Assembly: GCA_963748625.1 (NCBI GenBank)
Contig: CAVVJT010000007.1
Coordinates: forward strand, 1,056,001 to 1,120,000
Length of the DNA stretch: 64,000 bases
Reading direction: 5' to 3'
DNA from: an uncultured Chloroflexia bacterium
GTDB lineage: Bacteria > Chloroflexota > Limnocylindria > Limnocylindrales > CSP1-4
The notes beneath the pieces are model-generated. The model saw only the letters and a list, made by a program, of their open reading frames with translations, did no database searches and was not told where the DNA came from. Of this stretch, positions 1 to 9,537 are shown piece after piece (within the stretch, counting starts at the first letter, position 1; every line of letters begins with the position of its first letter). The translations under genes were made by a program, and so were the position numbers.

Positions 1-138
1 GCTGCGCGGTGCGTCCGGAGACGAGCGGCGGCGTCCGGGAACCCGGCCTGGAGGCTGCGCGGCGGAAGACCAAGCGACGGATGGCTCACGAGCGGGAAGT
101 CTACCGCGTTCGTGCGCCCGCGCGTAGCATCTGTCCCC

Positions 139-567
139 ATGACCAACCGCCCGAATCCAGCCCCTTCGGTCGTCGAAGCCCGCGCTCGCGCCCGCCGCCG
201 GCGCTCCATCGCGGGCGCCGTCGTCGTCGCCGATGTCGCCGTCCTCGCCTGGCTCCTGCTCGCGATGGCCGGGCTCGACCCGGCACTCCTGGTGGTCGCC
301 GCGTTCGCCGGCTGGCTGATCGCGCTGTCGCTCGTCTGGTATGGCCGCGGCACCGCCGTGCCCGAATCGAGGATGCGGATGGGCGTGGCTGCGCTTCTGG
401 GCGGCTGGGTGGTCGTGGGCGGCATGCTCCTGGACTGGATCGTGTCGATCACGGTGCTGGAGGGCGCGCTCGGACCGCTCGACTACGTCGTGGCGCGGTA
501 CGGCGTCGTGCTCCCCGTGCTCGCACTCGCGCTCGGTCCGGCGGTGGCGGCGTTCAGGGCGCGCTGA
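139..567 (+). CDS. hypothetical membrane protein (~4 TM)
   Basis: Four hydrophobic stretches; ATG139 lies 8 nt after a TAGCAT -10-like hexamer. Confidence 0.7.
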   Translation: MTNRPNPAPSVVEARARARRRRSIAGAVVVADVAVLAWLLLAMAGLDPALLVVAAFAGWLIALSLVWYGRGTAVPESRMRMGVAALLGGWVVVGGMLLDWIVSITVLEGALGPLDYVVARYGVVLPVLALALGPAVAAFRAR

Positions 568-603
568 TCCCGGTCGCCATCCGGGCGGTGGCATCCGGCG
601 GCC

Positions 604-1131
604 TCACCGCTGGAGGCGCTCCGGGTTTGGCGCGCGACGCTCGCCGTGCGCGGCGTGGTCGGCGGCGGTGCGGCGGGCCTCGTCGAGGCGGGCCTGGAGC
701 TCAGGGTCAAGGGGGATGGCGCGGTGCGTTGCGGATGCCAGCGTCGCCGCCGGAGCGATCGCGGATGGAGCCGGGACCTCGCCCATCCCCTGGCCCGCGC
801 CCACCCCGCCGGTCTCGCCCTTGAACGGCATGTGCTGGCGCTCGACGGCGTCGAGGCTCATCCGCAGCGCGGCCGTCTTCTGGCCGGCGACCTCGCGAAC
901 GTACACCGCCTCCTCGTCGTCGGTCATCGGTCTGCCGCGGACGATGCCCTTCGGCTTGCCGACCATCAGCCAGGCGAGGTGGTACCGGTCCATGGATCCC
1001 CAGGCCGTCGCGAGGAGGTCGTCGGACAGCTGGAGCCAGGTCTGGAGGGCGGTCAGCGAGGGGTCGGCGCCGAGGCGCTCGCCCTCGGCGATCAGCTGGC
1101 GGGTGCGCAGGATCAGCTCGTCACGGGTCAC
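604..1131 (-). CDS. hypothetical protein
   Basis: 175-aa ORF with protein-like composition; TAGACT 6 nt upstream of GTG. Confidence 0.7.
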   Translation of the reverse strand: MTRDELILRTRQLIAEGERLGADPSLTALQTWLQLSDDLLATAWGSMDRYHLAWLMVGKPKGIVRGRPMTDDEEAVYVREVAGQKTAALRMSLDAVERQHMPFKGETGGVGAGQGMGEVPAPSAIAPAATLASATHRAIPLDPELQARLDEARRTAADHAAHGERRAPNPERLQR

Positions 1132-1420
1132 GCGGCCAGTCTAGACCGGTGTCGGGATGAGGGCCGTGCGCGGCATGTCGCGCGCCGCGCGCACCGGGGC
1201 GAGGGTCCCGGGCGTACCTGCCATGGACGCGGCGCCCATGAATCGTCGCTTAGGGCCGCTACGGGTCGCGTCGGGCGCGCTTCAGCGACTGTTGGGACGA
1301 GTCTCGCAGACGCTCCGTCCATGATTGCGCCCCTGGACCGCGCACCGGGCCCCCGCACCGACGTTTCACAGGCGCTCCGTCCATGGGCAGCGGCGGCGAA
1401 GGGAGGTAGGCTGCGCAGCC

Positions 1421-2085
1421 ATGGTCCGCCTCGAACCGCACCGCATCGCCTGGTTCGCCTCGCCCGCGGAGCTTCGCGCGTGGCTGGTCGCCAACCACGA
1501 GACCGAGACGGAGCTCTGGGTGGGCATGCGCCGCAAGGCATCGGGCATGCCGTCTGTCACCTGGGAGCAGGTGGTGGACGAGGTCCTCTGCGTGGGCTGG
1601 ATCGACGGCGTCCGCATGGGCGTCGACGACGGCTCGTGCATCCGCATCACGCCCCGGAGGAAGGGGTCGATCTGGAGCACTCGCAACGTCGGGCGGGTGG
1701 AGGCCCTGCGGGCAGAAGGCCGGATGCTGCCCGCGGGCGAGGCCGCCTTTGCCGTCCGGCGTGAGGACCGCACGGCCATCTACCTGTACGAGCGCGAGGG
1801 TGCGATGGACGAGGCCGCGATCGCCGCCATCCGCGATGCAGGCGGCTGGGACTTCTTCGCAGCCCAGTCCATGACATACCGGCGTGCCGCGACCGCCTCG
1901 ATCATGACCGCCAAGCGCCCCGAGACCCGGGCCAAGCGCCTCGCCCAGGTGGTCGACGCATCCGCTGCCGGGATTCGGGCGCCATCGCTTGCGCCACCGG
2001 GCCGCGCGACGGAGCCCCGCGCGACGGAGCCCCGCGCGACGGAGCCCGCGCGACGGAGCGCCGCGAGGACCCCTCCTCGGACTAG
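1421..2085 (+). CDS. YdeI/OmpD-associated family protein (reads through into the next gene as sequenced; probable true stop TAG 2083-2085)
   Basis: WFASPAELRAWL...SVTWEQVVDEVLCVGWIDG...TPRRKGSIWS..N...AKRPETRAKRL motifs. Confidence 0.8.
2003..2059 (+). repeat. 15-bp tandem repeat CGCGCGACGGAGCCC x~4 (RATEP)
   Basis: Read directly; last copy offset by 14 nt. Confidence 0.9.
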
Positions 2086-2095
2086 CCTGTCGGGC

Positions 2096-3226
2096 ATGAC
2101 CCGTATCGCCATCTTCAGCGTGTCGGCAGGCGCCGGCCATGTCCGCGCCGCGCACGCGCTCGAGGCGGCCGCCGCCCGAATGCCCGGTGTCGAGGCCGTG
2201 CATGTGGACGTCATGAGCCTCGTCCCCGCCCCGTTCCGCAAGACGTACACCGACGGTTACATCAAGGTCATCGAGACCAGCCCGGCCTTCTGGGGCTACC
2301 TCTACGCCCGCACGGACACGGCCGACGTGGACTCCGCGTTCACCCGCATGCGCGAGGCGATCGAGCGGCTCAACACGCGCAAGTTCGACGCGTGCCTGCG
2401 GTCCATCGCGCCGGACGCCGTGATCTGCACGCACTTCCTGCCCGCCCAGCTGCTGTCGCGCAAGATCGCCAAGGGCTCGTTCGATGCGCCGGTATGGGTG
2501 CAGGTGACCGACTTCGACCTTCACGCGAGCTGGGTGCACGAGCACATGGCGGGCTATCTGGCAGCCGACGACGAGGTCGCCTGGAGGATGGCGGAGCGAG
2601 GCATCCCCGCCGCGAACGTCCACATCACGGGCATCCCGGTCGTGCCGGCGTTCGGTCAGGACCTCTCGCGAGAGGTGTGCGCCGCGGAGGTGGGGCTCGA
2701 TCCCACCCGACCGACGGTCCTGCTGATCGCGGGGGCCGCAGGCACCACTGGCATCGAGGGGATGGTGGACCGGCTCCTCGCGCTCGACGAGCGGCTCCAG
2801 CTGATCGCGCTGGCCGGACGCAACGAGCGATTGCTCGGGCGGCTGCAGCGGCGTGCGGCGCGCTCGGGCGGGCGACTTGTCGCGAGCGGGTTCACCACCA
2901 CGATCGAGCGGCTCATGGCGGCATCGGACGTGGCGGTCACCAAGTCGGGCGGGTTGACCACGTCCGAGTGCCTGGCGATGGGCCTGCCGATGATCGTGGT
3001 CTCGCCGATCCCCGGGCAGGAGGAGCGCAACGCCCGTTTCCTGCTGGAGCACGGGGCGGCGCTCCAGGCGGACGACGTGTCGTCGCTGGCGTACCGCGTC
3101 TCGCGCCTGATCTCGGAGCCGGACACGCTCGAGGAGCTGCGCCGCAACGCGAAGGCGCTGGGCAAGCCCGGCGCCGCCCGACGGGTGCTGGAGCTGGTGG
3201 CAGGCGGGGCGCGCCAGCCGACCTGA
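2096..3226 (+). CDS. MGDG synthase/UgtP-like diacylglycerol glycosyltransferase (GT28)
   Basis: SVSAGAGHVRAA, VICTHFLP, VTDFDLH, TKSGGLTTSECLA, PIPGQEERNA motifs; own -10 (TAGCCT) 7 nt before ATG. Confidence 0.85.
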   Translation: MTRIAIFSVSAGAGHVRAAHALEAAAARMPGVEAVHVDVMSLVPAPFRKTYTDGYIKVIETSPAFWGYLYARTDTADVDSAFTRMREAIERLNTRKFDACLRSIAPDAVICTHFLPAQLLSRKIAKGSFDAPVWVQVTDFDLHASWVHEHMAGYLAADDEVAWRMAERGIPAANVHITGIPVVPAFGQDLSREVCAAEVGLDPTRPTVLLIAGAAGTTGIEGMVDRLLALDERLQLIALAGRNERLLGRLQRRAARSGGRLVASGFTTTIERLMAASDVAVTKSGGLTTSECLAMGLPMIVVSPIPGQEERNARFLLEHGAALQADDVSSLAYRVSRLISEPDTLEELRRNAKALGKPGAARRVLELVAGGARQPT

Positions 3227-3339
3227 GCCGCGCTGCGGCTGACGGGCCGGCTGCTTGGGCAACCGCCCCACAGGACGTGTTGCCGGCTGTTGGTGAGGAG
3301 TCGACACCCGCGCACCGCTTGGCTTGACTCGAGGGGTTG

Positions 3340-3777
3340 ATGACGGATGGCAGGTTGCATCCCATCGAGCGCACGACGAAGATCGAGGGAGCGTCCGAAG
3401 GAGTGGGGAAGCCGATCGTGTCTTCGCTCGAGATCGTCGCGATCGTGGCGTTCGGGACGCTCGCTCTCGGCTACACGATCGTCCGCGGTCCGCGTCCCGA
3501 CCCGAAGCTGGCCGCCGAGTCGCCCTGGAAGATCGTCGGCGAAGTCGTCCGCCTGATGGTCGGCGTGTCCCTGTGGAGCCTCCTGCTGATCTCCGTGCCG
3601 CGCGAGGTTGGGATCACTCTCGCGGTCGGGAGCACGGCGCTCGCCGTTGCTGCCGGCACCCAGTGGCATCGCCGCCGGGCCCGCAGGGCTGCCGGGCCGG
3701 ATCGACCCGGACTGGATCAGTCCGGGTCGGCAGCCGAGAGAGCACCATGTCGGGCCGGTAGCCCACCTTGTCCATGA
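3340..3777 (+). CDS. hypothetical membrane protein
   Basis: Three hydrophobic segments; GAGGGG upstream; C-terminus looks poorly coding. Confidence 0.45.
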   Translation: MTDGRLHPIERTTKIEGASEGVGKPIVSSLEIVAIVAFGTLALGYTIVRGPRPDPKLAAESPWKIVGEVVRLMVGVSLWSLLLISVPREVGITLAVGSTALAVAAGTQWHRRRARRAAGPDRPGLDQSGSAAERAPCRAGSPPCP

Positions 3778-4307
3778 CGATCCGCCAGACGCCGATGCGG
3801 GTGTCGCTTGCCGGCCCGTTGACTGCGGGTTCAACGGGCGTCGGGGTCCGCCGGGAACCGGTGGCGGGCCGGGCGTGTCGTGGGATCTCCGTCCTGGCGC
3901 TGGTCGCAGCGACACTGGCTGTTGTGGCTGGATGCGCGGCACCAGGTGGCAGCTTGCCGCCCCTGCCCCTCGCCCGTGACCTGCCGGCGGACACCAGCTG
4001 GCGCCTGCCGACGACGTCCCCGCCCAACCTCGTCGACGCGGGCCTGAGCTCGGGCAACGACACGCCGATCATCAGCTTCTACTCGCTCAACGAGCCGATC
4101 GTCTCGGTGTGTCAGGCCACTCGGGAGCAATGCCTGAGTCTCCTGCCGACCGCCCAGGTGATCCCGAGGTCCGACACCGGGCCGGACGTGACCGTGCTGA
4201 TCGAGGCGGGCGAGAACGGCGTCCGCCCACTGACCGAGGAACTCGAGCGCTACTGGACGGACGTCGACCTCGCCGCAGGCCGACCCGCCTGGCTGGGCGC
4301 CCCGTAG
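3774..4307 (+). CDS. putative lipoprotein
   Basis: Hydrophobic stretch ending VVAG-C lipobox; start uncertain. Confidence 0.5.
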   Translation: MTIRQTPMRVSLAGPLTAGSTGVGVRREPVAGRACRGISVLALVAATLAVVAGCAAPGGSLPPLPLARDLPADTSWRLPTTSPPNLVDAGLSSGNDTPIISFYSLNEPIVSVCQATREQCLSLLPTAQVIPRSDTGPDVTVLIEAGENGVRPLTEELERYWTDVDLAAGRPAWLGAP

Positions 4308-4315
4308 GCCCCCGC

Positions 4316-5221
4316 CTACGCGCCGAAGATCGCCTCGCGGTCCGCGCGCGCGCGCAGCGTCCACGGACCGGGCACGCCCTCACCGATCGGATGGCCGTTG
4401 AAGCGCGTGATCGGCAGAACGCCGGCAACCGACGAGCACATGAACGCCTCTGATGCGACCGCCAGCTCATCGGGCGTCAGCCACCCCTCGACCGGGCGCA
4501 GGCCCACCGATGCTCCCCAGCGGAGCAGCCAGGATCGGGTGGTGCCGGGCAGGATCGCGCAGTCCAGCGAGGGGGTCGCAAGCTCGATGACACCATCGGC
4601 AGCCGGGCGTACCAGGAAGATGTTGGCGGTGGTGGCCTCGGACAGGTGGCCGCTCACGGTGAGGAAGACGGCGTCCTCGGCGCCGGCGCGGCGGGCCTCC
4701 AGGCGAGCGTAGACGTAGTCAGCGCGCGAGGTCGTCTTGAGCGAGACGATCGGATTGCCTGGATCGCGCCGCACGGCCGATGCGACCACGGACAGGCCGC
4801 GCGCCAGGTGGTCCGCCGGGGGCGGGGTCACGGGCCAGGCCTGGATGACGATCGTGGGCTCAAGGTGCTCGGACAGCGGCGGCAGGAGCCCGCGCGACAT
4901 CCACACGCCGCGGGACGCGGTGATCCGGACGGACGCGTCGCCCTCCGGGCCGTCGAGCCCCTCGGCCGTGAGGAGCGCACCGATCCCCAGACCGACCCGC
5001 GCCCCCACGTCGTCGGGCAGATCGATCCCCAGGCCGACCGCCGACCGCCGGAGACGCGCGACGTGCTCCGCGAGCTCCGTGCAGCGGCCGGCCTTGGCGC
5101 GCAGCGTCTCGAAGATGCCGTCGCCCAGCTGGAAGCCCCGGTCGAAGACGGAGAGGTGGGCGCCCTCGGCCGGCACCAGGGACCCGTCAACCCAAACGAA
5201 CCGCGGCGCCGGGCCGATCAC
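4316..5221 (-). CDS. class IV aminotransferase (4-amino-4-deoxychorismate lyase/IlvE-like)
   Basis: DRGFQLGDGIFETLR, LKTTS, SEATTANIF, ILPGTTR motifs; downstream of pabB-like gene. Confidence 0.88.
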   Translation of the reverse strand: MIGPAPRFVWVDGSLVPAEGAHLSVFDRGFQLGDGIFETLRAKAGRCTELAEHVARLRRSAVGLGIDLPDDVGARVGLGIGALLTAEGLDGPEGDASVRITASRGVWMSRGLLPPLSEHLEPTIVIQAWPVTPPPADHLARGLSVVASAVRRDPGNPIVSLKTTSRADYVYARLEARRAGAEDAVFLTVSGHLSEATTANIFLVRPAADGVIELATPSLDCAILPGTTRSWLLRWGASVGLRPVEGWLTPDELAVASEAFMCSSVAGVLPITRFNGHPIGEGVPGPWTLRARADREAIFGA

Positions 5222-5273
5222 CGGGCCACCTCGGCTGCGCCGCTCATCGGTCCACCTCGGCGTCGCCGATCAC
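5218..5273 (-). other. two coupled 9-aa mini-ORFs (5244-5273 MIGDAEVDR; 5218-5247 MSGAAEVAR) formed by a 26-bp tandem repeat
   Basis: Each unit has a GAGGTG RBS and a GTGA/ATGA stop-start overlap. Confidence 0.6.
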
Positions 5274-6784
5274 CGGGCCACCTCGGCTGCGCCGATCGAG
5301 CCCAGCGGTCCCCGGGCCTTCGCCACCGTCTCGTCCCACTCGCCCTCCGGGTCGCTGCGGTAGGTGATGCCGCCGCCAACGTGCAGCGTGAGGCGCTCGC
5401 CGTCGGCCACGAAGGTCCGGATCAGGATCGACGAGCCCAGCCGTCCATCCGGTCCCAGCCACAGCATCGAGCCGCAGTAGGGTCCACGGCGCACGGGTTC
5501 GAGCCCCTCGATGATCTCCATCGCGCGGATCTTCGGCGCACCGGTGATCGAACCGCCCGGGAAGGAGGCGGCCAGCAGGTCGAACGCGTCCCGACCAGGG
5601 GCAAGGCGGCCCGACACGGTGGTCACCAGGTGCTGGACGGTCGCGGTCCGCTCGGGGCGGAGCAGCCTGGGCACCCGCACGGATCCCGGCACGCAGACGC
5701 GCCCGAGATCGTTGCGCAGGACGTCCACGATCATCACGTTCTCGGCCTGGTCCTTGCGCGACGCGAGCAGCTCGCGCAGGAGCGCGCGGTCCTCGGCGGC
5801 GCTGCGGCCACGGGGCCGGGTGCCCTTGATCGGGTCGGTGGAGACGGTGCCGTCGGTGTCGACCGCGAGGAACGGCTCCGGGGAGGCGGAGAGTAGCGCC
5901 CGCGGTGCGCCCGTGGCGGGGGACGGCCCGATGTCCAGGTAGGCAGCGAACAGCGCAGGGTCGCCCGTGCGGAGGCGCCGGAAGATGTGCCACGGGTCCC
6001 CGCGGTAGGGGGCCTCCAGGCGGCGCGTCAGGTTGGCCTGGTAGATCTCGCCGCGTCCGATGGCGGCACGCACTCGCTCGACACCATCGATCCAGGCGGC
6101 TTTCGGCGTGGCCGAGACGAAGGTGGTCGGGATCACGCCCTCGCGTGGGTCGGCGAAGCGCGGCACGGGGCTGGGATCGGGCAGGCGGCCGTCGAGGTAC
6201 CCGCGGACCCGGGCGGCGATGGACGCCTCGCGGCGGCGGGCGGCGGCGGCGTCACCATCGAGTGTGCGGACGGCGAGCCATGCGGTGGCAGTCCGCCGGT
6301 CCCAGGCGATCGCCCAGTCATGGAGCGCCAGCCGCATCACCGGCAGGTGCTGGTCCACACGGGCGAGCGTCGGCAGGACCTCGAGGCGGCGGCCCAGATC
6401 GTAGGAGAGATAGCCCACGAGGCCGCCGGCAAAAGGCGGCGTGGCGGCGAGCTCACGACCAGTCTCGATCGCCTGCTCGTCCGGAGCCGGGCCAGATCCC
6501 AGCCTGCCCAGGAGCACACGGGCTTCCGCGAACGGGTCCGGCCCCTCCGACGGTGCGTCCAGCACGGCAACCGGGTCGGCGGTCAGGAAGCTCCACCGAC
6601 CAGTACGCCCGGGCCTGGCGCTCTCGAGCAGCGCGAGTCCCGGCAGGTCGCGGAAGGCCTCGGCGGCATCCATCGGGGCCACGCCGTCGAGCTCCGGCAG
6701 CCGCAGGAGACGCGACGGGACCGCGACGCCTGCTGGCGCAGGGCTGCTTCGGTGGGCGAGACTGGCGTCCGGAGTCGGGGGCAC
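5270..6784 (-). CDS. pabB: aminodeoxychorismate synthase component I / anthranilate synthase component I family
   Basis: GEIYQANL, SASPEPFL, PIKGTRPRG, KDQAENVMIVDVLRNDLGRVC, FPGGSITGAPKIRAMEII; PIKGT motif favours PabB; GTG start 6 nt after TATCAT. Confidence 0.88.
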   Translation of the reverse strand: MPPTPDASLAHRSSPAPAGVAVPSRLLRLPELDGVAPMDAAEAFRDLPGLALLESARPGRTGRWSFLTADPVAVLDAPSEGPDPFAEARVLLGRLGSGPAPDEQAIETGRELAATPPFAGGLVGYLSYDLGRRLEVLPTLARVDQHLPVMRLALHDWAIAWDRRTATAWLAVRTLDGDAAAARRREASIAARVRGYLDGRLPDPSPVPRFADPREGVIPTTFVSATPKAAWIDGVERVRAAIGRGEIYQANLTRRLEAPYRGDPWHIFRRLRTGDPALFAAYLDIGPSPATGAPRALLSASPEPFLAVDTDGTVSTDPIKGTRPRGRSAAEDRALLRELLASRKDQAENVMIVDVLRNDLGRVCVPGSVRVPRLLRPERTATVQHLVTTVSGRLAPGRDAFDLLAASFPGGSITGAPKIRAMEIIEGLEPVRRGPYCGSMLWLGPDGRLGSSILIRTFVADGERLTLHVGGGITYRSDPEGEWDETVAKARGPLGSIGAAEVAR

Positions 6785-6830
6785 CCGGCGATGATAGGCG
6801 TGCTGCAGGGAAGCGGCCCACCTCGAATGC

Positions 6831-8024
6831 ATGGAGGAACCCGTGCGCGCTCGCGAACTCGGCCTGCGGATCGGCCGGATGGCCCCCGGGGAGCACGACG
6901 CCATCACCGACGTTCCGGGGGTCCTGGTCGGCCACACGACGCTCATCTCGGGCGACGGGCCGCTCGTCGTCGGGCAGGGACCGGTCCGCACGGGCGTCAC
7001 GGTGGTCGTCCCGCACGAGGATGCCGTCTTCACCGAGCCCGTCTTCGCGGGCGCCCACCGCCTGAATGGCAATGGCGAGCTCACGGGCCTCGAATGGGTT
7101 CGTGAGTCAGGGCTGCTCGGCGGTGTCATCGGGATCACCAACACCCACTCGGTGGGCGTCGTGCGGGATGCGCTGGTCGCGCACGCGGCGCGCGCCCACG
7201 CGGGCAAGGGCACGTTCTGGTCGCTGCCGGTCGTGGGCGAGACGTATGACGGCGCGCTCAACGACATCAACGGGTTTCACGTGCAACCTGTCCATGTCGA
7301 TGCCGCGCTGGCGGCTGCCGCACGAGGGCCGGTCGCCGAGGGTGGCGTGGGCGGCGGCACCGGGATGATCTGCCACGAGTTCAAGGGCGGCATCGGCACG
7401 GCGTCCCGACGGCTTCCCGATGGCGACGGCGGGTGGACGGTGGGCGCGCTGGTCCAGGCGAACTACGGCTCACGCGAGCTGCTGCGCATCGACGGCGTGC
7501 CGGTTGGCGAGGCGATCCCGCTGTCCGAGCTGCCGAGTCCGTGGGCGCAGGAGGAGGCGATCGACGGCGCCGGCACCACCGACGCTGCCCCGCAGATGTC
7601 CGCGCGGACCGGGCCCAACGGGGGCTCCATCATCGTCGTCGTGGCCACCGATGCACCGCTGCTCGCCCACCAGTGCGAGCGCATCGCCCAGCGGGTCTCG
7701 CTCGGCCTGGCGCGGATGGGCTCGATCGCGTCGAACGGGTCCGGCGACATCTTCATCGCGTTCTCCACCGGCAACCGCGGGCTGTCGGCGTCGGCCTGGG
7801 AGCAGGACGCGCGCAAGCTCATCGATGTGCGGTTCGTGCCGGACAAGGCGCTCTCGCCCCTGTTCCAGGCCACCGTGGAGGCAGCCGAGGCGGCGGTCGT
7901 CAACGCGCTGCTGGCAGGGCGGACCATGGTGGGCCGCGACGGGATCACCGCGCACGAGCTGGACCATGGCCGACTGCTCTCGATCATGGCGGCGTACGGG
8001 CGACCGGCTCGGCCGGGAGCCTGA
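6831..8024 (+). CDS. P1/S58 family peptidase (DmpA, L-aminopeptidase/D-esterase)
   Basis: AITDVPGVLVGH, LNGNGELTG, LPVVGETYDG.LNDING, FKGGIGTASR, G-SIIVVVATDAP autoproteolysis site. Confidence 0.92.
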   Translation: MEEPVRARELGLRIGRMAPGEHDAITDVPGVLVGHTTLISGDGPLVVGQGPVRTGVTVVVPHEDAVFTEPVFAGAHRLNGNGELTGLEWVRESGLLGGVIGITNTHSVGVVRDALVAHAARAHAGKGTFWSLPVVGETYDGALNDINGFHVQPVHVDAALAAAARGPVAEGGVGGGTGMICHEFKGGIGTASRRLPDGDGGWTVGALVQANYGSRELLRIDGVPVGEAIPLSELPSPWAQEEAIDGAGTTDAAPQMSARTGPNGGSIIVVVATDAPLLAHQCERIAQRVSLGLARMGSIASNGSGDIFIAFSTGNRGLSASAWEQDARKLIDVRFVPDKALSPLFQATVEAAEAAVVNALLAGRTMVGRDGITAHELDHGRLLSIMAAYGRPARPGA

Positions 8025-8030
8025 TCGGCC

Positions 8031-8904
8031 GTGGTCGATCCGCGCCCGGTCCCGGCCCCCCAGATCCGCCGCGCAACGCTCGAGGACGTCCCAGCCCTGC
8101 GGGCCATCCTCGCCGCGCAGCGGTGACGACGGGCCGGTGGCGCCCGGCTGCGTGGACGTCGTCGGGCCGTACCTGCGGCACCTGGTGACCAACCACGTCG
8201 TGCTGCTGAGCGATGTGGCCGGACGGGCCGTGGCATTCGGGTCGATGGTGGACACCGGGCGTGCCCACATGCTGGGCGACCTGTACGTGCTGCCGGAGCA
8301 CACGGGGCAAGGGGTTGGGCGTCCCCTGCTGGCCGCGCTCTACGGGGATGCGCGGGTCCGCGTCACCCTGTCGTCCGATGACCCGCGCGCCATGCCGCTC
8401 TACATCCGGGCCGGCATGACCCCGCTGTGGGTCAATCTCTACATGGAGGGTCTGCCGGCGCGCCTGCCGGACTCGCTCTCCGCGATCCGGGTGCGAACGG
8501 CGACGCCGGCCGAATGCTGGGAACTCGAGCTCGCATGGACGGGGGCCCACCGCGCCGCAGACCACGAGTTCTGGGCCTCGCAGGGCGGCGCCGACACCTT
8601 CGTTGCGGAGGACGGCGAGGGCGCCGTCGCGTTCGGGTACGCCAGGGCGAAGCAGATCACGATGGCCAGGGCGGTGGACCGGCTGCTGGTCCGCCCAGGA
8701 GCAGATCCCGTTGCCCCCGCGATCGCGGGCATCGCGCGCGCGGCGCGAGGCGGACCCGTCCAGACCTGCATCTTCGGGCCGAACCCGTTGGTCCCGGTCC
8801 TGCTCGAGGCCGGGTTCCGGATCATCGATCACGACCAGTTCCTGGCGTCGGACCCGGCGCTCATCGATCCGCTGCGCCTCCTGCCGAACCCCGGCATGCT
8901 CTGA
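8031..8904 (+). pseudogene. GNAT acetyltransferase, frameshifted at ~8120 (or sequencing error)
   Basis: Frame from GTG8031 gives IRRATLEDVPALRAILAA then stop; another frame continues with LYVLPEHTGQGVGRPLL acetyl-CoA motif. Confidence 0.75.
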
Positions 8905-8979
8905 GCCGTGGCACGGCCCGAATCGCGGCCCGCGTGAACCCCGGCGGCCCCGCGTGACTCCTTCGAAGCAGGAGGGCTG

Positions 8980-9537
8980 ATGGCGGCACCAGTGGACCCG
9001 GTACGGATCGAACGGGCCCGGAAGGGTGATGCCGCCGCATTCGAGGCCCTCGTGGAGGCTCGGGTCGGACCGATGACGCGCACGGCGATGGCGATCCTGG
9101 GGCGGGAGGACGAGGCGCTTGACGCTGTCCAGGACTCGCTCGTCATCGCCTGGCGGGAGCTGGCCTCGCTCCGCGACCCCGCCGCCTTCGACGCCTGGCT
9201 CACCCGGATCCTCGTCAACCGCTGCAAGCGCGGCCTCCGGGGCGTCGTCCGCCAGCGCGTGCGCGAGATCCCCGCCGACCAGGTGGCCGCAACTGCCGAC
9301 GAGCCATCCTCCCTCGACGCCCACGTGACCGGCATCGGCCAGCGCGACGCACTGGAGCGCGCGTTCGAGCGCCTGACCGTGGACGAGCGCACGATCCTGG
9401 TGCTCCACCACCTCGACGGGCGGCCGCTGGCCGAGATCGCCGCCGTGCTCAAGGTCCCGGTGGGAACGGCCAAGTCGCGCCTGTTCGCCGCGCGCCGTTC
9501 GCTCGACCAGGCGCTGGAGCGGGAGGGCGGCCGATGA
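8980..9537 (+). CDS. ECF sigma-70 factor
   Basis: GDAAAFEAL, DAVQDSLV.AWR, FDAWLTRILVNRC, EIAAVLKVPVGTAKSRLFAARR; GGAGGG RBS. Confidence 0.93.
   Translation: MAAPVDPVRIERARKGDAAAFEALVEARVGPMTRTAMAILGREDEALDAVQDSLVIAWRELASLRDPAAFDAWLTRILVNRCKRGLRGVVRQRVREIPADQVAATADEPSSLDAHVTGIGQRDALERAFERLTVDERTILVLHHLDGRPLAEIAAVLKVPVGTAKSRLFAARRSLDQALEREGGR

Noticed and set aside
5270-7270. 666-aa extended PabB and other extended ORF starts (23308, 19178, 33065)
   Set aside because: Extensions overlap real genes; shorter starts have RBS or -10 support
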